Notes under the pieces: generated by a model
Told to the model about the DNA's origin: nothing
What the model saw: only the letters and a program-made list of their open reading frames with translations
Database searches by the model: none
Part shown: one piece after another, positions 16,349 to 27,500 of the stretch
How the letters are laid out: each line of letters starts with the position of its first letter
Numbering within the stretch: position 1 is the first letter of the stretch
Translations under genes and position numbers: made by a program
Sequence record: SRR22947727_316
DNA length: 55,420 nt
Reading direction: 5' to 3' (one strand)

Positions 16349-18850
16349 ATGTCATACAGAAATAAAGCCTACAATGTTATTAAAAAAAATAACGATGTTA
16401 AAGTAGTAACAGACAACGTAAAAAAATCTAGTTCTACAACTGGTTCACTGGCAGATGGTATTAACGAAGGTAATGCACACGGTATTGATGATTATTCTGC
16501 CAACACAGGCGTTACAGAAGTAAGTAATACACAAACAAGTGAAAAAGGTAAAACTAAAAAGTACACCACTATAAAAGAATTCACAAGAGATTATATTCCT
16601 AATCCATTACACGATTTTCAAACCTACAACACAGTCTTTACCATTGCGGCATTAACCAAAGAAGAAGTTAATTTTCCTAATATACTGTTCAACAAAATGC
16701 CTAAATTTCCTGTTGCACATTCCAGTGGTAAAGGCGATATCAAAGAAGTTACTTTTTACAAAGACATAGGAGTAAACCTTGAATATTTTGTAGATGAAGT
16801 GGACATCAATGCTGTTGTGTCTCCAACACAAAAAAACAAACACACACAATTCACCACAATGAATTTCATGATAAAAGAACCGTTCAGTATAGGTTTATTT
16901 TTACAAACACTAAACATACAGGCGGCAAAAGCCGCAGATGACGGAGAAGTAAACTACACCAAAGCACCTTATGGATTAATCATAGATTTTATAGGGCTAG
17001 ATGCTGATGGTAAAATTTTTAGAAATGAAAAACTACGCAAAGTGTTACCGTTTTATTTCACCAAGGCGGCTGTGAGAGCAGGCACTTCAGGTGCAGTGTA
17101 CGAATGTTCAGCAGTGCCCATCACAGAATATGGCACCATGACCATCAACAACAAAATCAAAACAGATATCACACTGTCTGGAAAAACCGTTTACGAAATG
17201 ATGCAGGTAGGTGACTCCAGTCTAATGGCACAACTTAATTTTAAAGGCGACGATGATAAAAAAGCCAAGAAAAAAGAAACTGTATCATATGTACCATCAG
17301 ATGATGTCGTTATATATTTTCCTAATAATCAACAAACAACTCTAACAGAATCACAAAGAAAAGTTGTTTTAACAGATAGAGCAGTAGCACAATATGCCGA
17401 TACAGGAGATGATGTGTCCTATACATCTGCATTTAAAACAAAATCCAGAGACAAAGCAGTTGAAACTTTGTTGGGCAACAACGTTGTCGTTACCAATGAA
17501 TACACAGGAACAGGCGGACAAGGTATTAGGGTGTTTCAATTTAACGAAGGAGAAGACAATGAGTCGGGTCCATCATTTCTAGGCAACGATATTGGAGCGG
17601 CTAAAATGGCAATTTCTGAGAACAACATGTCAATTGTGGGAAAAACATTTCCTGATTTTGAAGAAAACTATGACAAACGTAAAAAAACATTCACAAGAGA
17701 CAACATAACTCTTAACTTGAAAGAAATGACATTGAGCTTTGCTAAAGGGTCTTATATCACAGACATTATTGAAACTGTGATATTGTTGAGTGAATATTCA
17801 TTGAACTTGGTCAAAGCACCTGATGAAATAAAAAACAAACAAAAAGGCACACATCCTTGGTTCAGAATAGTGCCCAAGTGTTTTGAACTTAAAGATTCGT
17901 TCCATGAAAATTTAGTGCACCAGAGCCCAAAAGTTGTGGTGTTCAGTGTTATTCCGTACCAAGTGCCGGATGATTTGTTTATAGATCCCACAACATATCC
18001 AGAAGGCACAACCACTATCAGAAACAACATTGTGAAAGGGTTCAACTATTTGTACACAGGAGACAACAAAGACATATTAGATTTTCAATTGGATTACAAT
18101 TTTGGTTTTTACAATTCTGTACCAGCCAATTTGGGCAAGAGTGCAAATTCTTCTTCTGCTGACAAAAACAAAACAGACGCAAACAGTTCAATGGTTACAG
18201 AAACAGTGAAACACACTATGGTACAAGCAAGACATGATCTTAAAGGCACATCAACAGCCGCAGGAGTGAAAGGTGAAGGCTCGCAAAGCGGTGAAGGAAC
18301 AGAAAATGAATCAATGGAATTAAAAATAGCCAGATCAATGAATGATAGAATCATAAACAGTAGTGTGGATTTGATCAAACTGGAGTTAACCATCATAGGT
18401 GATCCTTATTTCTTACCAACCAGCGGCATGATGAATTCAGATGAACAAACAAAATATTTTGTTGATCCAAGAAGTTACTACACCGACAAAGGTGATCTTA
18501 CTGCCACAGGAAGAAAACACATGGGCAACGGCAGAGCAGAACTTAACTATGTTGACAGAATGTGTTATGTGGAAGTTAATTTTCAAACACCAATTGATTA
18601 TGAAAAAAATGGCGACAACCTTATATTTCCCAATACCGGCGGATATGTGAATGGCATGGGAGAACATGTGAGACTGGGAGAGTTCAGCGGACTGTACAGA
18701 GTGATCACATTGGCAAACAGTTTTAGACAAGGAAAATTTGAACAAACACTGACCATCATTAGAAGTGGTAACACAACCATTGATGCCAAAGAAGGTTCAA
18801 CAGAAAACACAAAACAAATACAAGTAGATAAAGGACAACCAGTAGCATAA
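16349..18850 (+). CDS. Probable baseplate hub protein (gp27/VgrG N-terminal-like)
   Basis: Lies between gp53 and gp5; C-terminal LELTIIGDPYF and SGLYRVITLANSFRQGKFEQTL. Confidence 0.6.
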   Translation: MSYRNKAYNVIKKNNDVKVVTDNVKKSSSTTGSLADGINEGNAHGIDDYSANTGVTEVSNTQTSEKGKTKKYTTIKEFTRDYIPNPLHDFQTYNTVFTIAALTKEEVNFPNILFNKMPKFPVAHSSGKGDIKEVTFYKDIGVNLEYFVDEVDINAVVSPTQKNKHTQFTTMNFMIKEPFSIGLFLQTLNIQAAKAADDGEVNYTKAPYGLIIDFIGLDADGKIFRNEKLRKVLPFYFTKAAVRAGTSGAVYECSAVPITEYGTMTINNKIKTDITLSGKTVYEMMQVGDSSLMAQLNFKGDDDKKAKKKETVSYVPSDDVVIYFPNNQQTTLTESQRKVVLTDRAVAQYADTGDDVSYTSAFKTKSRDKAVETLLGNNVVVTNEYTGTGGQGIRVFQFNEGEDNESGPSFLGNDIGAAKMAISENNMSIVGKTFPDFEENYDKRKKTFTRDNITLNLKEMTLSFAKGSYITDIIETVILLSEYSLNLVKAPDEIKNKQKGTHPWFRIVPKCFELKDSFHENLVHQSPKVVVFSVIPYQVPDDLFIDPTTYPEGTTTIRNNIVKGFNYLYTGDNKDILDFQLDYNFGFYNSVPANLGKSANSSSADKNKTDANSSMVTETVKHTMVQARHDLKGTSTAAGVKGEGSQSGEGTENESMELKIARSMNDRIINSSVDLIKLELTIIGDPYFLPTSGMMNSDEQTKYFVDPRSYYTDKGDLTATGRKHMGNGRAELNYVDRMCYVEVNFQTPIDYEKNGDNLIFPNTGGYVNGMGEHVRLGEFSGLYRVITLANSFRQGKFEQTLTIIRSGNTTIDAKEGSTENTKQIQVDKGQPVA

Positions 18851-20331
18851 TGGCAAACAACAACAAACGAAAATCATTTGCAGTAGATCCTAAAAAAGAT
18901 CAAGGACCTTTCGAAGCCATTGTGAGAAATGTGTTGGATCCTAAATTCAGTGGAGCCATTGAAGTTGAATTGGTTAAAACATTGGATTCAGGCAACAGAA
19001 CAAACACAGGACAATTCATCACAGCAAAATATCTCAGTCCGTTCTACGGAACCACTGATGTGGCAGGACTTGCCAAGAACAAGGATCACAGAGACAGCCA
19101 ACAGAGTTATGGTATGTGGTTTGTGCCACCTGATGTGGGCAACAGAGTTATGATTCAATTCATAGAAGGCAACATCAACAGAGCATTTTGGACAGGATGC
19201 ATTCCACAAGAATTAATGAATGTGATGATCCCAGGATCAACACCTGCCATGAGCAACACAGACACCACAGATTCTGAACTGAATGAAGATCCTGCAGATG
19301 CAGACATCAGAGGCAAAAAAATGCCTGTGGGCGAACACAACAAATTAAAATTTGCAGATAAACCTGCAGACAAACCTTTACAGATCAAAAAACCCATCAA
19401 CAGATTATTCAAAGCAGTGTTGGACAATCAAGGATTGATTGCAGATGAAATCAGAGGACTAACCACATCAAGTGCAAGACGTGAAGTGCCTTCAAGTGTG
19501 TTTGGTATAAACACTCCAGGACCTATAGACAAAGTGTTCACACAAAATAAACCAGTGGTCACAGCAAGAACAGGTGGAACATCATTTGTGATGGATGATG
19601 GAGATGACAAATTTATAAGAAAAACCAAAGCCAAAGACGGACCAATGCAGTACACCAACATTGAAATTGGTGATGATGTGATTGAGGGTGATAAAAATAC
19701 TCCACACAATGAACTGTTTAGAATAAGAACAAGAACAGGACATCAACTGTTGTTGCACAATTCAGAAGATTTAATCTACATTGCCAATGCCAATGGCACA
19801 GCATGGATTGAAATGACTGCCAACGGCAAGATTGATTTTTATGCACAAGACAGTGTGAGTGTTCACAGCAAAGGCGATTTCAACTTTAAAACAGATAGAG
19901 ATTTCAATCTAGAAGCAGGTAGAGATATCAATTTAAAAAGTGCCACAGTTAATCAAGAGTCCACAACACACAACTTGTTGACCACTGGTGCACAAACTGT
20001 GGAAGTAGGCGGCGCACAAACAATCACAGTTGGAGGCACGACCAATCATTATGCTGGCGGCAACATAAATCTTGATGTAGGTGGATTATTAAATCTAGCC
20101 AGTGGCATTGCTGTCGCAACACCGGTACCGCCGTTAGCGGCTTTCAGCCTTCCAGGCGAAGCAAATGAAAGCATCATGAAACGTGTGCCACAACACGAGC
20201 CATGGAGCCATCATGAAAATTTTGATCCAATGGCAGTTGCGTTGGCTAAAACAGACAGAAACGAACCGTCAGATATTGTGGTTGCAAAACCAATCAATAT
20301 CCCAGACACATTTAAAAATGCGAGGACATAA
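18850..20331 (+). CDS. gp5: Baseplate central spike, gp5/VgrG-like (OB fold plus beta-helix)
   Basis: DPKFSG, SYGMWFVPPDVGNRVMI.F, RTRTGHQLLL and 8-residue beta-helix repeats (GAQTVEVG GAQTITVG); followed by a PAAR gene. Confidence 0.8.
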   Translation: MANNNKRKSFAVDPKKDQGPFEAIVRNVLDPKFSGAIEVELVKTLDSGNRTNTGQFITAKYLSPFYGTTDVAGLAKNKDHRDSQQSYGMWFVPPDVGNRVMIQFIEGNINRAFWTGCIPQELMNVMIPGSTPAMSNTDTTDSELNEDPADADIRGKKMPVGEHNKLKFADKPADKPLQIKKPINRLFKAVLDNQGLIADEIRGLTTSSARREVPSSVFGINTPGPIDKVFTQNKPVVTARTGGTSFVMDDGDDKFIRKTKAKDGPMQYTNIEIGDDVIEGDKNTPHNELFRIRTRTGHQLLLHNSEDLIYIANANGTAWIEMTANGKIDFYAQDSVSVHSKGDFNFKTDRDFNLEAGRDINLKSATVNQESTTHNLLTTGAQTVEVGGAQTITVGGTTNHYAGGNINLDVGGLLNLASGIAVATPVPPLAAFSLPGEANESIMKRVPQHEPWSHHENFDPMAVALAKTDRNEPSDIVVAKPINIPDTFKNART

Positions 20332-20603
20332 TGCCAGGTATTAGTAGAGTAGGCGTAGACACAGCAGTAGGCACAATAGTTGGTAATTTAGCACCAAAAG
20401 TTATTGTGGAAGGAGTACCAATTGTTGTTGTTGGAGCGGCAGTGGAAGCTCATGCACCTTGTCCAGTACCTCCGCATTGTGATGCCACTATGAGCGGTAG
20501 CAGTGCAAAAGTAAAAGCAAATTCAATATTCATATGCAGGGAAGGAGATGCGGCAACTTGTGGACACACCGCTACTGGTAGTAGTAAAGTAATTGCTGGT
20601 TAA
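20331..20603 (+). CDS. PAAR spike-tip protein (gp5.4-like)
   Basis: ISRVG, H..C...PH, GSSAKV, ICREGD...CGH...GSSKV. Confidence 0.88.
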   Translation: MPGISRVGVDTAVGTIVGNLAPKVIVEGVPIVVVGAAVEAHAPCPVPPHCDATMSGSSAKVKANSIFICREGDAATCGHTATGSSKVIAG

Positions 20604-20606
20604 ATA
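20599..20606 (+). promoter_or_regulatory. Late promoter GTTAAATA
   Basis: 5 nt upstream of the gp25 ATG; no SD. Confidence 0.55.
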
Positions 20607-20611
20607 TCATT

Positions 20612-21052
20612 ATGGCACACAAAAAATTATACAAAGAAGTCACAGTTACATCTGCTCAAACAGCCAAGACACCTGCTACACAAAGAATGTACAGAGGGTT
20701 AAGCACTGTGAATCCAGACAACACAACATTCAGTTTAAATGATATAGGATTAATCAAACAGGATTTATTGAATCATTTCCATATATCACAAGGTGAGAAA
20801 CTTGAAAATCCAGAGTTTGGCACAATCATATGGGACATAATACACGATCCTTTAACACCAGATCTAGAAGAAGCAATTAAAGAGGATATCATCAAAATAA
20901 TCGACACTGATCCCAGAATAACAGCGAACACAGTGATTGTAACACCATTTGAATCGGGGTTACAGATAGAAGTTGAACTGACATACGTCAAATATAATGT
21001 GTCAGAAAAATTAAGATTGACATTTGACGAAAATAATGGGTTACTGAATTAA
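20612..21052 (+). CDS. gp25: Baseplate wedge subunit, gp25-like
   Basis: IKQDLLNHF...GEKLENPEFGTII...DPRI. Confidence 0.88.
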   Translation: MAHKKLYKEVTVTSAQTAKTPATQRMYRGLSTVNPDNTTFSLNDIGLIKQDLLNHFHISQGEKLENPEFGTIIWDIIHDPLTPDLEEAIKEDIIKIIDTDPRITANTVIVTPFESGLQIEVELTYVKYNVSEKLRLTFDENNGLLN

Positions 21053-21072
21053 GTGCTCTGTTTATGCAAACA

Positions 21073-21080
21073 AATAAATA
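21073..21080 (+). promoter_or_regulatory. Late promoter AATAAATA
   Basis: Intergenic, upstream of SD AAGGA and ATG 21102. Confidence 0.55.
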
Positions 21081-21101
21081 ATATTATAACAAAGGAAACC
21101 A

Positions 21102-24100
21102 ATGTCATCCACAGATAGACAAAACAGATTATTGCTGGCAGAAGACTGGAAAAGAGTATATCAGTCTTACAAAAATGCGGAATTCAAAAGTTACGACTTT
21201 GATACTATTCGCAGAACAATGATCCAGTACATCAGACAGAATTATCCAGAAGATTTCAACGATTATATTGAATCATCTGAGTACTTGGCACTGATAGATT
21301 TGATTTCATATCTAGGACAAAATTTGGCTTTCAGAACAGACTTGAATGCTAGAGAGAATTTTTTAGAAACAGCAGACAGACGAGATTCGATATTAAGATT
21401 AGCAAGATTAATCAGTTACAATCCAACAAGAAATCAATGTGCAAATGGTTTGATGAAAGTTGTAAGTGTCAGCACAACTGAAAATGTTGTGGACAGTAAT
21501 AATTTAAATTTAAGCGGACAAACAGTCAGTTGGAATGATGCCGGCAACACAAACTGGAATGAACAATTTACAAAAGTGTTAAATGCTTCATTGGCAGAAA
21601 ATGAAAAATTTGGCAATCCAGTAAAATTAGAAAACATAGATTCAATCCCAACCAGCCAATACAGAATCAATGCCAACAGCACCGAAGTGCCTGTGTATGC
21701 TTTTTCAAAATCCGTCAACGGACAAAACTTACCATTTGAAGTTGTTTCAACTTCTTTTGACAATGGTACTATTATAGAAGAAGCACCACTAACAGGAAGA
21801 AAATTCAGTGTGCTTCACAGAGATGATGGCAAAGGCAACAGCAGTAATAACACAGGATTTTTTGCACACTTTAGACAAGGTGTACTTGATAACGGTGACT
21901 TCACAATTGATGTACCATCAAACAATCAATCAGTTGCAATTGAATCCAGCAATGTAAACAACACCGATGTTTGGTTATATCAATTGGACACTGACACAGG
22001 GTTAGAAGATGCTGAATGGACAAAAGTTGATGCTGTAACAGGTAACAATGTTATATACAATTCAACAACAAAAAATTTAAGAAATATTTACACAGTGTTG
22101 AGTGACACAGATGATTCAATCAGTCTTAAATTTGCAGATGGAATATTTGGAAATTTACCGCAAGGTAATTTTAAAGTATACTACAGAAGAAGTAAAAATC
22201 AAAATGTTAGAATTACTCCTGCTGATATGCAAAACGTTCAAGTGGATGTACAGTATGTTTCATCAAACAATCAAATAGAAGTTTTAACATTAACATTTGG
22301 ATTGCAATACACAGTTGATAATGCAACAACATCTGAAACCAACAACAACATCAGATTAAATGCTCCAGCAACATACTACACACAAAACAGAATGATCACC
22401 GGTGAAGATTATCAAATTGCACCATTGGGAACTAATCAAGAAATTATTAAAGTAAAAGCAACAAATAGAACTTCAAGCGGAATATCAAGATATTATGATT
22501 TAATAGATGCCACAGGAAAATACAGCAACACAAATGTGTTTGGTGCTGATGGCATAATATACAAAGAAGAAACTGAAAATGTTGACTCGTTTAGTTTTTC
22601 AACACAAACAGACATTGAAGGCGTAATTATAAATCAATTAGAACCGTTGTTATCTAAAAATCAAACTAGAAACTACTACATAGAAAAATTTTCTAAAATA
22701 TTACTAACTGATTTAATTCCAGTTTGGCAACAAGTTACAACTGCTACAAATGAATCCACAGGTAAATTAATAGATGCTGTGAACGTCTTAGATTATCAAG
22801 TTGGCACATACACAGCAAGTCAGTTGAAATATATCGAACCAGGTGCTATGATTAAATTTATTGCACCAACAGGCAAGCATTTTATGGAAGACAATTCATT
22901 AATGAGTGGAGCCGCAGATCATCCAGGATCAAAAGAATACATTTGGACATCAGTTGTTAGTGTGTACAATGATGGCACAACCAATACCACAGCAGGAGCA
23001 GGAGCAATTAAATTCAACGATGTTATTCCTACAGGTGCTATTGTTAGTGAAATATTACCTAAATTTGCAAAACAATTTTCTGATGATGTTAAAACAGTTA
23101 TTATTGACCAGGCTTTTGCTTATAACAATTTTGGAATACGTTATGATGTACAAACAAGAAAATGGATGGTTGTTGACGAAAACAATTTAAATGTGTATGG
23201 AGATTTCAGCATTGGTAAAACAGGTGATGAATCAAATCAGCAACTAGATTCAAGTTGGTTAATCAAATGTATCAACAACGGTGCTACTTACACAATCACA
23301 TACAGAGGTTTAAGATATGTGTTTGAAAGCAAAAAAGAAGTAAGATTCTTTTATGACAGTGCTGATAGAAATTTCAATGCCAAAACAGGAACAACACTTC
23401 AAGACAAAGTGAGTGTGATGTCAGTGAACACAAAACCAGACAGTAACAATGCATTCAACAACGATATCAATTTTGCTGTGTCCACTGAGTACAGATCTTT
23501 AAGCGGATATGTAGACAGTGCTAAAATAGAACTTACTCAATTTGATTCTGATCAAGATGGCATAGTGGACAATCCAAATGCTTTTGATCTTGTGGTTGAT
23601 CCTGCTACTAATCCAACTACAAAATATGTTTTCCAAAAATTAATAAATGATAGCGATGGAACACAACAGTATCAATACGTTAGTGCAGGCACAGAAAACA
23701 TTTATGTTAGACAAACATCGGTGGGTACTATTGGAGATTATCCAAACAATTCAATTGTGTACTTGATAGACAGCAACAGTTTTAAACAGGTTAACACAAC
23801 AACCAACACCACTGCAACTGTAACAAATTATGTTGCACACATTGGAAGAGACGGTGTTAAGTTTCAATACGTTCACACAGTGGACGGTAACACAAGATTA
23901 GATCCTAGTTCATCTAACATAATGGATATGTATATTTTAACAAGAACATATGATATCAATTTTAGATTATGGTTAGCAGGAGCAACAGCAACTAAACCAC
24001 TATTACCCAGCAGTGATTCGTTGTACACAAACTTTAATACACCGTTAGCAAAAATTAAATCAATCAGTGACACGATTGTGTATCATCCGGTAAAATACAA

Positions 24101-24557
24101 AATATTATTTGGATCACAATCCGACACAGGTTTACAAGCAACATTTAAAATTGTTAAAAATTCCAGTCAAGTTACTAATGATAGTGATATTAAAAGTCGA
24201 GTTATCACAGCAATAAATCAATTCTTTGCTTTAGAAAATTGGGAATTTGGTGATACATTTTATTTCTCAGAATTAAGCACGTATGTGATGAACGAATTAG
24301 CACCAGACATAGCAACATTTGTTATTGTGCCTAAAGAAGGTTCAAAAGCATTTGGAAGTCTGTTTGAAATTAAATCAGAAAATGATGAAATTTTTATTAG
24401 TGGCGCAAAAGTTTCTGATGTTGAAATAATAGATGCTGTAACAGCCTCTAAACTTAAAGCAGACGGAAACATCGCAACAAGTTCATCAACAGTTAGCACA
24501 TTAAGTGGAACATTACCTACCAGCTCAGGAGGCTCTAGTGGGGGAAGTGGATATTAA
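21102..24557 (+). CDS. gp6: Baseplate wedge subunit, gp6-like (1151 aa)
   Basis: YDFDTIR, FNDYIESSE..ALID, ENFLETA.RRDS, FADGIFG..P and APATYYTQNRMITGEDY. Confidence 0.88.
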   Translation: MSSTDRQNRLLLAEDWKRVYQSYKNAEFKSYDFDTIRRTMIQYIRQNYPEDFNDYIESSEYLALIDLISYLGQNLAFRTDLNARENFLETADRRDSILRLARLISYNPTRNQCANGLMKVVSVSTTENVVDSNNLNLSGQTVSWNDAGNTNWNEQFTKVLNASLAENEKFGNPVKLENIDSIPTSQYRINANSTEVPVYAFSKSVNGQNLPFEVVSTSFDNGTIIEEAPLTGRKFSVLHRDDGKGNSSNNTGFFAHFRQGVLDNGDFTIDVPSNNQSVAIESSNVNNTDVWLYQLDTDTGLEDAEWTKVDAVTGNNVIYNSTTKNLRNIYTVLSDTDDSISLKFADGIFGNLPQGNFKVYYRRSKNQNVRITPADMQNVQVDVQYVSSNNQIEVLTLTFGLQYTVDNATTSETNNNIRLNAPATYYTQNRMITGEDYQIAPLGTNQEIIKVKATNRTSSGISRYYDLIDATGKYSNTNVFGADGIIYKEETENVDSFSFSTQTDIEGVIINQLEPLLSKNQTRNYYIEKFSKILLTDLIPVWQQVTTATNESTGKLIDAVNVLDYQVGTYTASQLKYIEPGAMIKFIAPTGKHFMEDNSLMSGAADHPGSKEYIWTSVVSVYNDGTTNTTAGAGAIKFNDVIPTGAIVSEILPKFAKQFSDDVKTVIIDQAFAYNNFGIRYDVQTRKWMVVDENNLNVYGDFSIGKTGDESNQQLDSSWLIKCINNGATYTITYRGLRYVFESKKEVRFFYDSADRNFNAKTGTTLQDKVSVMSVNTKPDSNNAFNNDINFAVSTEYRSLSGYVDSAKIELTQFDSDQDGIVDNPNAFDLVVDPATNPTTKYVFQKLINDSDGTQQYQYVSAGTENIYVRQTSVGTIGDYPNNSIVYLIDSNSFKQVNTTTNTTATVTNYVAHIGRDGVKFQYVHTVDGNTRLDPSSSNIMDMYILTRTYDINFRLWLAGATATKPLLPSSDSLYTNFNTPLAKIKSISDTIVYHPVKYKILFGSQSDTGLQATFKIVKNSSQVTNDSDIKSRVITAINQFFALENWEFGDTFYFSELSTYVMNELAPDIATFVIVPKEGSKAFGSLFEIKSENDEIFISGAKVSDVEIIDAVTASKLKADGNIATSSSTVSTLSGTLPTSSGGSSGGSGY

Positions 24558-27500
24558 TGGCATACGACAACAATCAAAAAGACTTCAGTTTGCCTGCAGG
24601 CAAGGATGACGGTAAAAGAGAATCTTCAGAATTTTTACCTAAGTATTTTAGAACTCCAGTCAACAACAAATTTTTACACAGCACAGTTGACCAACTAATA
24701 TCTCAAGGAACATTAGAAAAATTAAATGCTTACTATGGACGTAAGATTACAGATGCCTACAAAGCATCTGATTTGTATGTGCCTGAAGTAACTGCTGATA
24801 GAGAAAATTACAAATTTGAACCCAGTATAGTGCAACAAGACGATTTAGGTAATGTAAACTTTTATTCAGACTACATAGACTTTGTTAATCAAATACAAAA
24901 TTTAAATGGTGATGTTTCTGATCACAGTGTTCTTAATGCTCAAGAATATTATGCTTGGTCACCAAGAATCGATTGGGACAAATTTGTAAATTACAGAGAA
25001 TATTTTTGGATGCCTTATGGTGCATCTACAGTCACAATATCAGGACAACAGCGAAATGTTATTAGCACATACTCAGTAACAAAGTCTGATCAATCAAACA
25101 ACTATGCTTACATCTTTACGCCCAACGGGCTTACAGCAAACCCAACATTAAAATTATACAAAGGTCAAACATACAAGTTTGATATTGATGCAGAAGGATT
25201 GCCTTTTGTTATAAGAACACAAAGAATACTAGATGCTTCGTACAATGTTACTGATGGTATCGATGTGCAAAGTATTGAAAAAGGAATTATAACTTTTGAA
25301 GTGAAAGAATCTGCACCAGAAAAACTATATTACGGAAGTGATAACGATATTAATGCTTGGGGATTGATTCAAATATACGACATTGAAGAAAATTCAACAA
25401 TAGATATTACTAATGAAGTATTAGGCAAAAAGAATTACACCACTGCTAATGGAGTAGCATTATCAAATGGTATGAAAATAAATTTTGCTGGCACAGTTAC
25501 ACCTGTAGAATATGCTGAAAAAGATTATTTTGTTGAAGGTGTGGGTGACGCAATTCAATTGATAGATGCACAAGAACTAGAAGTAAAGAGTGCTTTCACT
25601 GATGTAACACCAATTCCATTTGATTCAAAAAACTTTGACACTGTGGGATTTGGAACAGCCACATCGTATGCTGTTGATAAAGATTACATTGTTATAAACA
25701 GAGCATCTCCAGACAGAAATCCTTGGAGTAGATCCAATAGATGGATTCATAAATCTGTTATAGAAGAAAGTGCTAAAGCAAACGGACAAATTGCAAACAT
25801 TGATCAAGCCACAAGAGCACGAAGACCTATCATTGAATTTGAAGCAGGTATCAAACTATATGATTTTGGTTTTAAAAAGAAAGAAAATATTGATCTTATA
25901 GACACAGTTACAACAGATGTAATGAGTGATGTTGAAGGATCTCAAGGTTTTTTCATTGACGGCATCGCATTAACAAATGGAATGAAAGTGTTGTTTACTG
26001 CTGACAACGATCCTCTTGTTAAAGACAAAATATTTGAAGTTAAATTTATTAAGTTTACTGAAGGAACAACAGTTACAACTCAAATCAGTTTGGTTGAAAG
26101 TGCAAATGCTTCTCCATCACAAGGAGAAACTATTTTGGCTACTGACGGAAATGTGAATCAAGGAAAATGGTTCTATTACAATGGAACAACATGGAAATCA
26201 GCACAAGTAAAAAATAAAGTTAATCAAACTCCTTTGTTTGATTTGTTTGATAGCAATGGCGTAAGTTTCACTGACAGTATTGTATATCCTAACAGTTCGT
26301 TTATGGGTAACAAAATATTCACTTATGTTGAAGGCACAGGCACAGTAGATACTGAATTAGGATTTGCATTAACTTATTCAAATGTAGAAAACATTGGAGA
26401 TATTGTTTTTGATTTTGATTTATTAAACAAAAATTACACATATCAATCACAAAATATCAATGGAACTTTAACTTCTGAAACAGCATTTTTGAAAAAATAC
26501 AATGCTAGTGGCAACTTTACAACAGTAAATGGTTGGACTAAAGCACCCACTGACAGTTTTCAAAAAGTTAATAGACAGTATGTTGCATCTAACAATCAGA
26601 AAAATGATTTTGCTATTGACGTTTACAAAAAGAGTGGCGATTTAAATGATCTAAACGTGAATGTATTTGTTAATAATGTTAAAAAAATTGAAAATACCGA
26701 CTGGTCAATTTTAAGAATCAACAATGAAGCATATGTTAATTTCACTACTAATTTAACAGTTAATGATATAGTTGTAATTAAAACAAGCAGTGCAACACCT
26801 AAAAACAGTAATGGTCATTATGAATTTCCAACAAACTTACAATCCAATCCACTTAATGCAAAAACAACAAAATTCACAGTTGGGCAAGTAACTGATCATG
26901 TTAAATCAATTACTAATGAATTAAAAGACATTCAAGGTGTAACTCCAGGATTTAGCAATTTAAGAGACTTCCCAAATGCAACACAATACGGTAGAAAATT
27001 TTTACAACACAGTGGACCAATGGTGTTGGCTTCGTACTTGTTAAACAACAAAGATGTAAACCTAATTTCAGCAGTCACTAGAAGTCAGAACGATTACTTT
27101 AAATTCAAAAGATCATTTATCAGTGCTATGGACGATTTAGGATTTGACGGAACTCCTAGTCAAGTGGTTGATAAAATTTTAATTAAACTCAACAAAGACA
27201 ATAATAATTCATTACCGTATTTCCAAACAGACATGCTGGGTAGTGGTGCATTCAAAACCACTAGACACACAGTTTTAGATATAGATAATAAATTTTTTGC
27301 ACTGTCTAATAACTTTAATTTAACAGCATTATCAACTAAAGCAGTGTACGTGTATCACAACGATACACAGTTAGTGCATGGTGTTGATTATGTATTTGTT
27401 AACGGATTTGTTCAAGTTACGAAAAAAGTTGCACTAGATGATATCGTTGTGGTTAACGAGTTTGAAACAACTAACGGATCACATATTCCAGCAACACCAA

